Below are positions 1-11,590 of a DNA stretch of 64,000 bases, piece by piece (positions within the stretch are counted from its first letter, which is position 1; each line of letters starts with the position of its first letter). The position numbers were made by a program, and so were the translations under genes. Under the pieces are notes generated by a model. That model saw nothing but the letters and a program-made list of their open reading frames with translations. It searched no databases and was not told the DNA's origin. The stretch is from positions 558,001-622,000 of the forward strand of contig JBPGPT010000007.1 of NCBI GenBank assembly GCA_051047955.1, in the 5' to 3' direction. Origin of the DNA: Cystobasidiomycetes sp. EMM_F5. Its lineage: Eukaryota.

Positions 1-486
1 GGACTGCGGAAAAGATGTAAGATTAGACTATTACTGATGTATGCAACACCACGCACCCTCTCGTATCTTCTCAGAATTGCTTACTGCCCAGCCTCTACTT
101 GGAGGATCCAGCGCAGTACTGAAATTGCGGAGACTCTCGAGTTCATTGCCCAATTCAACAGACTGTCCAGGAGCGGGAGATATGTTCAATACTGCATTCA
201 GTATAGCCATTGTAGCGCAGGCGTTGTTGATGACTTGGTGTGCGAAATAAAAGTTGGCATCGCTATTTGGCGTGCCTCTATCGGTATTGCTGGTAGAATC
301 GACATTTGCCGATGTATCAACGTATTTGAAGAGGAATATAAGCGCATAGATTGGTTGTATGGATGCTAGAAGGGCGGGGTCGAGACTGTATAATTCGCTG
401 AATTCCAGGCCGCGTACACCCAAATCTTCCAGTAATGCAGAGAAAATGGAGGGGTCGCTTTCAGTCAAAGACCAACCTTCAGACAT
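1..486 (-). CDS. Ubiquitin C-terminal hydrolase, UCH37/UCHL5-like (5' part; runs off window)
   Basis: GWSLTESDPSIFSALLEDLGVRG, LIFLFKY and FAHQVINNACATMAILN (catalytic Cys) are peptidase C12 motifs; GT-AG intron 56..4. Confidence 0.92.
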
Positions 487-1273
487 GCTCGGCAGTGTGG
501 TGTCAGTAGTGTATGACGCGATATTACGTCCTCTCAGAGTTTCATTCGGTTAGGCGAAAGGGCAGAGCGGACAAAAATGGATCAACCCAATAAAAATCAG
601 TAAAAATGGATCACAAGGGCATCGATCCCTTCACCTCCCGCATGCTAAGCGGCTGTCAAGAGCATTTTAATCAGCTGAACGTTTTTGGTGATCGTGGCCA
701 TGTGCTTACGCGCTCTACCACCTGAGCTAGCAACCCGATGAAAGAGCAGTCTTATTTTAGTATATATATATCCAGCAATTCGCCGGGGAGCGGAAGGCAC
801 GCAACAGCTGCAGGAGGTTTGAAGCGACCGAACTATAGATGGATGTACCCTGGACAGATGATTTACAAGCAGTATATGGGTAAATGCAATCTCGATGACT
901 GAAGTCGCCGAAAGTCAAACAAATCCGGCAAGCCGTAATCAAAAGCACCGCGCAATGGAGCACTTCTGCATTACAACGACTGCAATGACTGTAGACCATC
1001 ATGTACCCGCAAACAACTGAGAAGAACTGAAAGATCTGATATAATCAAAGCCTGACTTGAAGATTCAGGACCACGCACTGTAAAGCAACGCAAAAAGAAG
1101 CATGAACTGCAGGTTGCCGGAAAGCATATGGCTGGACGAAAGATTGCGGCGCCAAGGCTCGCAGTGAGTTTGTGGTCATTCACACCGGAAACTGCGAACG
1201 ATCTCAAGTGACGTCCGGCAGGGTGTGAAAGATACTAATGGGAAATCTGGTCGACAAAATCGGCCAGTCTACG

Positions 1274-4200
1274 CTAGTCCGTATCTTCGGTCATCTTCGC
1301 GTCGACGTGTTCAGTGCTTGCGTTTTCGTTTGTCTCGGGGCGAAGTCCGTGCTGCGGGTCTGGAAAACTTATGCCGATCGAATCGAGGTATGCAAAAATA
1401 GGGGTGGCGTATTGGCTCAGCTGCACTGCGGCAGCTTCGTACCACAGCACATTCGTCAGACGCGGACCACCGCGAGTAGTAGGACGAACGGTCTCTGCTG
1501 TACGAAGTCTGAGAACTGGACTCCACTGCCTAAGCTCCATTTGATCTGTGTTCGGTATTTGCAGCACCAGGAATAGGACGAAATGACCGGGGTGTTCAGA
1601 ATCTTTGCGCAAGCAAGCTCTGCAGACGATGCCATCTTCCGTGACAAATTCCTCTCTCTTTCCCAGTACTCGCTGCAGGTTTGCGGTGACAACCTTGAAT
1701 ACAAACCTTCTGAATTTACCCTCTTCGACAGTACCAGAGTCACTTGACTTCGATCTTTTCTGCACTCGCGCTCGTAATGGTTGGCCTGGCAGGCATATGC
1801 CGTTACCTGGCATTGCGAATAGGACATGCCCATTTTGATGATTGCGCCCGTTGACAACAAGCTTGGCCGGTATCTGCCACCATTCACTTCGTATGAGATC
1901 GACCAGCTGTTTGACGGTCTGGACAGACCTCTGCTTGTCATTCGGACCCCTGATGATTTGCAATGCAGACTGCTGTCCGGAAGATGAGCTTGCTGTGGGA
2001 ACTTTTGAGTTCACGGCGTCAGAACCTATCAGTGTGGCTTTGTTCCAACGTCTGCGCTCCTTAGGCGTGACTCGAGAGGGTGGTGCGCTGCGACCATCTG
2101 GAAGCTGGCGGGAAGTCAGGGACACTGGTACATCATCTGCAAATGGCCCGATATCGTGAGTCTGCCCATTAGCAGAGAGCAATCTGCGGTGCCCGCGCAG
2201 TCGACCGAGTGTGGCCCATCTCCGGTGACACGTCAAGCATTGGTACGTTCGCCGAAAGCCTGCGCGTTGTCTGTCGCGCCGGTCCCACGCCGACTGGCAT
2301 ACCTGCGACTCGGTGTGCTCCCGTAGAGCAGGCCTGTGTGAAAATGTTTGACCACATCCACACTGATGGTGGCGCGAAATATGCCTGTGCAGCTCCTGCC
2401 GTGTAGTAAATGATTCACTGCGTGGGGGCTGTCGAAGTGCACAGTAGTCGCAAGCGTGCTCGCGTAAACCGGAATGTTCAGCATGATGATGACGATCGTG
2501 GTCATGCTTGCTCCTTGTTGTGTATCCGCAATTGTGCACATTGCAACGATAACCATCCGTTCGGCCGGTCAGACGGACAATGTCATACGACGACAGCGGA
2601 GCTGGCCGGAGCGCGTGACGCCGGAGTCTATTGCGTCCAATACGCCCACCGACGGAACTCCCGACGCACAAGCAAAGTCTAGCCAGCCGCCCCATCCTGA
2701 GAGATCGTGCGAACGTCACGGCAACCGCAGCGGTGTCCAAACCGCTCGACTCTTCCTGAACAAATGTGGGAACGGCATCGCTAGCGAGCTGCCTTGCGAT
2801 AGTCCGAGCTGTAGTCATGCGCATACCTCGTCGCAAGTCTCCGATAAACACTAAGTAATCCCGTGGGGTAGAATGGGGAGTACCGCCCAGGAGGAGCAGT
2901 TGCAACTCGGATGGAGTGCTAAGCAGAGTATCGGCACTAGGGACGGATAAGGACACTACACGTCCCGCTGCAATGGAGTCAATGAGGTCTCGGATAGCGC
3001 CGTCGGGATACGAAGGGGCTGAAAGCAAGTCGTCAAAGGTGGAGAGTGTACTGCCGCCGAAAGCGACAAAGAGCTGAGAGTCACCATCCTGCCAGACGCC
3101 CGAAATACCTTTGCGATGTTGGAGCAGCTGGTTCTGGGCATAAGTAGACGGATCTCGAGTATCAACAGAAGCACCGAACTGCTTCGACCAGTTCGAGAAA
3201 CGAACGACGATGGCATGAACGCCTCTGAAGTGCCTCCCCGCTGGAGCTGCAACCTGCATCGGCGAAGGCAGACTCTCGAACCCAATGCCAGAAGCTGGGT
3301 GGATTTTGAGAAGCACTTCTAAATCGGTTTCAAGGTGCGAGAGATTCTCCGCTTGGGTGGACAGCAGCTCATGGTGTACCACCTTCTCACCGTCTTGAAA
3401 TGTGTCCGTGCTCGAGACTGAATTGCGATCACGAGAGCCTAGAACGCTGCCTACTCCCTGTAAGCGCCTCTTGAGGAGTCCGTGCCTCATGTCCGTATAA
3501 AATTTCGATGCTTCTCTGTGTGGATGACTCCCCGGGTCCGCAATGTGAAGTATGAGAGCCCGCGCACCAAACTCGTATGACGGAAAATCTTCGTTGTCGA
3601 TGGTGTCCTCGTACAGGGGGTGTACATCTATCACAAAGTCTGGAATGCACTCATAATGAAGGCCATTTAGGTCTCCACCATCGCCCATGAGCAAATGATG
3701 GAGTGCACCCGGATCGACTAGTAGGCCATCGCCAGAAGTGAGAATCAGCCGCTTGATGGCATACTCTGCTATGAGTCGGACCAGCGAAGATGGTCTAGAC
3801 ATGACAGGCAGCGTTACATCGCACTGCTCGTCAAAGAATGCCTCGATACCACTGAGGGCTGATCGCTGTACGACAATTATCGCAATCTGCTGCATGGTGA
3901 CCAGCGGGTCGATGGCTTGAATGTATATAAATGTGGAGACACGCTGCGCATTGATGTAGTCTGTCCAGAAAGTCTCGTCCTGGTTTTGGCAAGCTGAGAA
4001 CCTGATGACTCGAACATACATGGAACCTTCAGGGCAAGGCTCAAGAGGGAGGAGATCAATTGGGGAAAGAACTGGAGACACAGAGAAGGGGGAGATATGG
4101 TTGACGAGATTGAGGAGTCTGTCAATGTCAGTGTGTGCTAGTCTGATGTAAGACCCTGGGGGATCTGTGTCCAACTGCAGACCGTCTGTGTCCGCTTGAT

Positions 4201-5730
4201 CGATCACGGGCAAGTCGCCGTCTAGATCGTCATGGTCAACTCCGAGCAAGTCAGTATCCGTTGCGTGTCCACTGTCCCTCAGATGCCGAGAGCCTGCTAC
4301 TGCTCCTTCCCTGAGAGCTTCGAAGTGACCGACCGTATCACTGCCAGATCTGTGCAGCAAGATTTCGGGGAGACTGGATGGATAATTCATCGTAAATGCT
4401 TGTGTACCAGGCTGTCCGTTATATGACTGATAGACCACGAGGCGGCGTGCGTGAGCTAGTGCTGCGACAGCAGCCCCAACCAGTGTCATGTCTGCTGCAA
4501 ACGCGCCTGCAACATCACCCTGTACGCCAGCGTCCGTTTGCAATGTATTTTCCAATTGCAACAAGTCTGCTTCGAGTATGGGAGCTTCGAGACGGATGCC
4601 ATCATGGTCATCTACGACGGAAAGCCATGCATGCTCGCTTAATAACAAGCGTATTTGCACCAGGCCTGTCTCCCGGATGAAGTCCAGAGTTCGCTGGCGG
4701 ATGTCTTGCACACGTGCAAAGTTGCCATGGATTGACAAAGCCATCGCCGCCCATCCGCACAGGCCCTCGCCGGGATTGTTTACCACGCGTGAGAGGGCAC
4801 GCTGGTCTCGGTTGGAGTACGAGACGAATCTGGGCTCGATGTCAAAGCGGGACATCCAATGCGTGGACTCCTGCCGGACGTTCTGAGCGGGAGGTGAGGG
4901 GAGTTGCGATGATCTTCCGACAAGTTGTTTGACGGCAGGAGCGATACGAGAGACGGGTACAGCTTGGTAGAGAGGAGCTGGTTGCGGCACGGGAACCCAC
5001 ATAGGCACGAACCCTCTGGAAGTTACTCGGAAATGGAGAGACGGTTCCGGAGCATCGGTGAAAAGTGCGAAGTCAGGAAACAGTGAGTGTTGCCTGTCAT
5101 CTACGTGAAAAATGACATTGCGCCCGAGTACTGAGATATATGCCGATTCAGAGTAGTAAGAAGTGTGTGCAATGCGCTAGCTCACTGTAGCTCGCTGCGA
5201 CTATCACGTCCAGTGACAAGCCATCGTTTGTGCTACTGTCTGATAAACGATAGAACACAGTATCCAGAATAGCTGATATTTTGTCATAGTCCTTGAGGTC
5301 ACCTGTAGCAGCAAGGATAATCATTGCGCGCACGTCTGAGATAGCTGGGGCAGTCGGTGATAAAGTGAAGGAAACCGGTCCAAGATCCCCACCGGGGTCG
5401 GCGTCAGGGATCCAATGGCCATATTCTGATGCGGGTCGTAGATATGGCGGCTCAAGAGTGTCATCGAGGCACAAGGAGCGAAACAAAGCATGGACCTCTT
5501 CGAGTTGCGCTTGCGCAGGGACTCGGAATTCGGAGTAAAGTGAGGAGTCAGCGTACGGAGTGTTATTCCGAATTGCCAGTCTGATACAACCAGAATAAGT
5601 GCTCTGAAGCGTTGCCGCAACATTTGACGTACACTCCTCTCAGCCATGATGGATTTCCTGGAAAGTCCCAAACATTCCGGGCAATCACGCCAGAAAGCCA
5701 AAAGGATAGCGTGACCAGAAGCGAAAGCAT
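1274..5730 (-). CDS. 1449-aa multidomain protein: degenerate OTU-like + OTU + 2x serine-recombinase-like + C2H2 zinc fingers
   Basis: Exons 5730-5633, 5580-5186 and 5130-1274 splice in frame across 52 and 55 nt GT-AG introns. OTU motifs PGEGLCGWAAMA...GHFEAL. C2H2 fingers CNVHNC..HDRHH, CDYC..HISRH, CGCG..H and CLTC..H at ~2550-2170. Confidence refers to the CDS; the recombinase call is weaker. Confidence 0.8.
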
Positions 5731-6796
5731 TGTGGTCGCAAACTCTGGTTGTCGAGCGTATGCAAAATGCCGAGCTGATTGTTGGAGTAAAGAGAAGTAG
5801 CCTTAAGCTGGAAATTGTGGCAAATCAAACATGCTCGGGGGAACTGGCGCATGAACTGAGTAAGAGCTGAGACGGAGCTGAAACGGCGCTGTAGGCTATC
5901 ACTGGATGTACAGCCATACAGGGGGCAAGATCTGACAGCTTTGTGCGCCGACTTCAAGAATACTGTAGCTGAAATCTGACATATACGATCATAGCATAAA
6001 CCTGGTATGACAATCACAGAGAGATAGAGTGCGTTCGAGGAGGGCCGATGTCCACATCCAAGCGTAGGTGTGAATGCCGCGTGGAATCTGCGAAGAATGT
6101 GGAGCAGGAAACCATAGGCATTTTAGTAATACTGGTTGATGATTCTGACTGCTAGGACGCCATTCAACTGACCAAGACGACTGAAACGTATGAGATTACT
6201 CGTGAGTAAATCTCCGGCGGTTGGAAGTCTGAGCCAACAGATGTCCCAATCGGGATAGCTGAAATAAGAATCATAGAGCATACTGCAAACTGTCGGGTAT
6301 ATCAGACGTTGAAGCACAGCAGGGATCTCGTAGATAGATTAGACTGACAGCACAGGGATAGGTTAGATGAATAGATTCGGGATTCGATGTACGACGAGCT
6401 GAGATGTGTCTGAAACATTGAAAAGACTGCGAGAGACAGCGAGACCCGAAGAAATTCCACGGAAACACACGGAGAGAGTCAGCTGCGCGGCTATACGCAT
6501 CAACAGTAGCGTCTACGAAACTGACCGTCTGCAGAAGAACGTTATGGGAGTAGCTGAGAGAGACCAGGATAGAAAATGCCAGCAATCAGGCTGATCATTG
6601 GACATATGAATCGCAATCCAATTTGAGTTACTGCTTAACAATGAATCGCCCAAGAGTCAGTTCATGATGTTTGATATGCCGCGGCAATTTGCGACGAACC
6701 CGATGAGCAAGAGCTGAGAGATCGCAGAGGCTGCTGAGAGGCAAAATGCGGTATTGACAGACTGCCATCTGAACAGCGGAGGCGCTGTTGCAGTAT

Positions 6797-9347
6797 TTAC
6801 GTCCGCCAATGACGAGTGAAGCGTCCGCGCTTATGATTACCGGTGACCGGAGGCCTACGAAAACGAGGATTGTTCTGTGAGGCGCCAGACCGATTCAAAC
6901 GCGACAGCAGGGGACTGGGAGGACGTTCGTTGAACGTTGGAAACTGTCTCGGCGTCTGCACCATCGGTTGATGGCGATCTGCTAGTGCAGCAGGATGAGC
7001 TTCAGCCGTGGGTGGATGTACAATCAGGCGGTCAAGCTGCTGTCTCCACACTGTAAATTCCGTCAGTCGAAGTCTGGCAACTGCCAGAATCGACTTACGA
7101 TCCAAGTGAATGCGTCTGTCCAAGCTTTGTGGCACTTGCGCTTGCAAATCTGTAATCGCGGGGAGCATTTCGAAGCGAACGTATCCGCGGAGTGTACTGA
7201 TAGAAGAATCGACAGAGGTATCGCGAACAAGGTAGACGAAGTGACGAGTATAGAGATATGCTTCCATTTCTGCCTGAGCTGCTGACAATCCGTGCTTGCG
7301 ATGGTCTAAGAATGACTGCATCATGTCCAGTAAGCTGTAACGTGTTCACCAAGTCAGCCCCCCTTCCCTTACCGTATGATAGCCAGAGGACTCACGTTAC
7401 AGTCTTCAGCATGCGAGCTCGGTAGGCATCAGCAGCCAACATTCCGGTCCAATCTGCAAGCTGTTCAGCGTTTGCCGAGTTGGGCATGCGAATGTTCTCG
7501 TGAAGGCGGGCCAAGACTTTGGCGACGTTGCCAGCCACATTCCCTCCAGGAGCCTCATAACACTGTGCCAGAAGTAGCAAAAGGTGATGGTTTGCCCTGT
7601 CTTGAGCAGTATCTTCGGGTGTCGGAGCGGACATGTGATGATCCAACAGCAATCTGTATGTCATGGCTGCTTGAATTTCCATTCTCATACTAGTATCCAG
7701 AGAACCGATACGGGCTGCTGTCATTGCCTTGGCTGCGTCGAGGTCGCCTTCACCAACTAACTTTGCGCGTAATTGTTCGGTAAACAAGGCGAAAGACTGA
7801 GCAAGGGACAAGGAGTGCGGCCCTGCTTGGAGAAGAAGCTGTAGGTCTGCTTTGAGATTGAACGGCTTGACTGCCGCCATGGAAGCCAAGATGGGTTGCG
7901 ATACGAATGCTGCCGTGGGGGACACATTAGAGATGAAAAGTTGGGGAACTGTATCACGCGAATGCGAAGCAGCATGTGCCCGAGATTGCGACAGCGGTGT
8001 TGATGCCGATTGGCCTAGAATAGCATGCTGCGGGGAGTTCTGCTGGAACGATGCCGGATAGCCGCAGGACCGTTGAGGAGATTCCGATGGCAAGATGGCA
8101 CTGTTCGATACCGTATTCAAGCGCACATAGTCTTGAGTTGCCAATTGCACTCCTCCCCGGACAAAGTCCGCTTTAGAGTTGCCGTGGACATCTTTCGGCG
8201 AATCTCGTTCATCGAAAACCGGACGTCCTAGGGAAGCGGCGGAAGACTGTGGTGGATACTGGGAAGTAGATTGCGGAATAATGTGTGCTGCTCCTGAATG
8301 GGCATGCTCCATGACATTGCCCAGCATTTGCATCGGATTACCGGTTTGAGCGGATTGAGCGGGTTGCTGAATCGCACCGGCCATTCCTGCATGATTTAGG
8401 ATGGGGAGGTTGAATGCAGGTTTAGGATGTTGTCCATGCATACTTGACTGATTTGACAACTGCAAGGTAGACTGTCGAAGGTTGGACGTCTGTGCGGGAT
8501 GACGATTTCCGCGTTTGAAAGCCATGACATCAAGCTGTGTAAGCTGAAATCATTAGCCGGTGTAGAGTATGGCGTGCGACTCGGCGCCTCACCAGTTCTG
8601 AGTGTATTGCTCCCGCGGATGCCCAACGATGTTCTGCTCTATACGGAACTGAGACCACTTCGAGAGCTCTGAGAGCGCTGAGAATGCCGATAGCATCAGG
8701 CTGAGATTTCAGAAAGACTATCAAGATGTTCATGGGCTGTGTGCCTGTAATCCTCTCAATGCGAGAACGAGCTGAAGCAAGAGCTGCGGAGTATGCTAGT
8801 AGGCCGTTTTTGAAGTAGCTGACCAGATCTTTGGCATTGACGACGCCCGGCTACGACACTCGTCAGTAGGATTGCGGAGCGCGCTATCGCCAACTGGAGA
8901 TGCTCACGGGCACAGACAAAATGACTCCGGCAGTATAACCGAGGCGTCGAAATGTCTCATCCAGGCGGGCCTTCAATTTCATTCAGTCAACGTCCAATGT
9001 AAAGACTACTAACGCGCGTCTTACATGCGCTGGCTCAACATTGATGCCAATGACCTGCTCGTGAAAGGACATGAAATTACGGGGCGCATCGTCGTGAGAC
9101 CACTCAACGAAAGCTGCAGGCATGAGATTAGCGCACTAGAGCGCACAATTGCCGTGCATAGGCAGAGGGACATGCCTGTTTCCCAATTAGTAGTCGAGTT
9201 CACGGAGCGGTACGAACAGACTGGACCCCATTGAGCGGCATAGTTACGTAGCCCGCCTTGTTCGTAGACAGAGCGTCCGACGTCGGACTGGGTACTCAGA
9301 CGCACGCGAATGTTGTAGATAGAGAGCTGCCTGGTAGGACAATGCAT
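6797..9347 (-). CDS. 755-aa divergent RRM-like protein with Q/S/P-rich linker, helical C-terminal region and Arg-rich tail
   Basis: Six exons (9347-9176, 9113-9025, 8970-8908, 8850-8593, 8543-7396, 7334-6797) are phase-compatible and join ORFs 7392..8525 and 6797..7324. RNP2-like PTRQLSIYNI and RNP1-like ETAFVEW. Intron 1 needs a GC donor. Confidence 0.7.
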
Positions 9348-9435
9348 CGTCCAATATTCCAGTTGTCGAGTGCGTACTGAGCTGAAATAACGCCAGAATG
9401 TGCAGAGGCAGAAAAGGGCGAGACGACGGTATCAG

Positions 9436-9470
9436 GAGCAGAGCAGAGCAGAGCAGCGCAGCGCAGCGCA
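9436..9470. repeat. Pentanucleotide microsatellite (GAGCA)4(GCGCA)3
   Basis: Directly visible, ~90 nt upstream of the RRM-like gene ATG. Confidence 0.9.
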
Positions 9471-9722
9471 AGAAATCCGCATTAGTACTGCCACGGCTTT
9501 GCACGCAGCTGGCAAAAGGCAAAGATCGGCTAAGCCTGCTTGTGGCGACACGAGGCTATTTGCAATTAAGCAGGAAACAACGGAGGCAGACTGCGGATGT
9601 CGATGAAGCTGTCTATTTGCGCACTTTCGCTTACGAGATTTGTAGCATAGCTGATCAGACTGAGATTTCCCAAACAAAGAGAGCATCGAAACGACTGGTC
9701 GGAATGAATGAGAGCTGAAGAC

Positions 9723-11314
9723 TTACGAAAAGTGAGCGAGTATAGCATGGACGGCTGCCTGCCGTGTTTCATGGCGATGTACATGTGGTTCCAGACCCAT
9801 GTAGTCCACAAAACTGTGCCAGTTGCGTTCGCCGACAGCATGAGCACGGTCAGATGGCACCTCTGCACGCCGAACGAGAGAGAGTATTAATCCCCTGCCT
9901 TGACCTTGTATGGTAACTTCCTTGCCGCAGCGAGAAGCACGATGGATATACGAGATGGCATCGGTAGGGAGGTCCCAATTTATGATGAATCGCAGTCCGA
10001 CAGGATTGAGTCCACGATGTGTGATGTCGCTGGATACCAAAATATGATTCGTCTCCACGGACTCGTTAAACGCTGCCCAGGCATGCCGATTGTGCTCCTG
10101 GCCTTCACCTCGGTGGACGACCTCACAGCCCAATTTCTTGCCTAGGGCTCTAATAGCATTCTTGACGCGATTGGCAGTGTCTTTGCGGTAGCAGTATATG
10201 ATGACTTTGGGCAATTGGTTGTCGAATAGAGCACTCAGAAATGCCATCTTTTCATCATGGAGGGCTTCGTTGTCTCGTTCTCTGCCTGTCGTATTCAAAC
10301 GGAGATAGTGGTGATCGCGACGAAGTAGAGCATCGAGTGTTTGCGGGTTCACTACGATTGTTGGAGCGGCGGCAGTTATGCAGGACATCATTGTCTGTAG
10401 CTCATTGGTTTTGGCAGTTGCAGCTGTAAGAATAACTTGGACTTGATGACGGACGGGCAGCAGCCAAGCAACTTTTTCTTCGTTTTCGCCGTTCTTGTCC
10501 GCTTCGTCAAGCCAAACAACGCCATAGTCATCGGCGGAAAATGCTGGAGTTGCATGATCAAAACCGAGGTGATAGGCTTTGCCCCAAGTGCCTAGCACAA
10601 AGCGAGCGATGGATGCCTCCTGATGCATACGGGCGCGATCCAATCGACTAGCGTCACCGTGTATGAGAGCGCTGGGAATGAGCAGTCCTTGCGAGAGTCT
10701 TTCGAAGTCACGGTAGGCCTGCTGTGCGAGGAGAATGGTGTTGAATATGGCGATGACACGTAATTCGGGGTTAGAGACGAGTAGCGCTATGATTCCAATC
10801 AGACTGTCGTAAATAGAAATCATTAATAAAACTCACAAAATTCCCCATCATTTACTTACCAAGCTGTCGTTTTGCGCTGCTTTTCTTCAGCCACTACAAG
10901 GAGTGATTCACCAGACACGATGCGCGGAATGACCTGCTCTTGCAGCGGTGTCATGCGCGGCCAATTCTGCTCTGCGATATTGAGAACCAATAGAGGCGAA
11001 ACGGGGGCCAACAAAGCCGAAAAAGTGGCATGAGACTCAGGGTTTAATTGCACAGTGTTCGGTGGCATAACAAATGGAGGAGGTGGCATGAAGTCGGTGG
11101 CTGGGTCGATGGCAACGCCATGTTGCGGTGATCCTGGCTGAGAGCCCTGATGTGAACCTTGTTGGAAGCCTTGGTTAAGAGCAGGATTATCGTTGTTATG
11201 ATCATCTGCTGTAGGATTAGGTAGCTGAATATTCTGTGCAAGCCATTCCGCGCCGCTCGATGCAGCAGCGGGCGAGTGCGGCTGAGAATGTGTGTGATCC
11301 TGCTGCATGCTCAT
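9723..11314 (-). CDS. 511-aa divergent DEAD-box RNA helicase-like protein
   Basis: Exons 11314-10860 and 10803-9723. Q-motif MTPLQEQVIP, I AEEKQRKT, Ia NTILLAQQ, Ib TWGK, II LDEAD, III AAT, V DITHRGLN, VI YIHRASRCGK. Confidence 0.88.
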
Positions 11315-11510
11315 AGCGAGGGTAGATGGAGATGTAGAAAACCGAGCTGAACGACGACTGAAATAGTTGAGCAATGGGAGTTGCGGTAAACTGCAAAAGC
11401 AAGAAGTGCGTTGGCCGTCAGCCACCCTTTGCTGTGCTAAGCCCAAGCTACGCACCAGGTGCAGGCGGATTGTAAATCGGACGTCCGCTTCGCACTCAGT
11501 CGTCAAGACG

Positions 11511-11590
11511 GAACGGTCAGTAGCTTGCTAGTTTAGTTTCAACGTTGTCGGAACGGTCAGGAGCATGCTAGTATAGTCTCAACGTTGTCG
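11511..11590. repeat. Two tandem 40-bp direct repeats (36/40 identical)
   Basis: gaacggtcagtagcttgctagtttagtttcaacgttgtcg vs gaacggtcaggagcatgctagtatagtctcaacgttgtcg; each contains the palindrome CAACGTTG. Confidence 0.9.

Noticed and set aside
757..1207. Cys-rich short minus-strand ORFs as extra zinc-finger exons
   Set aside because: They lie after the stop codon at 1274, and I found no consistent splice path or regular finger spacing.
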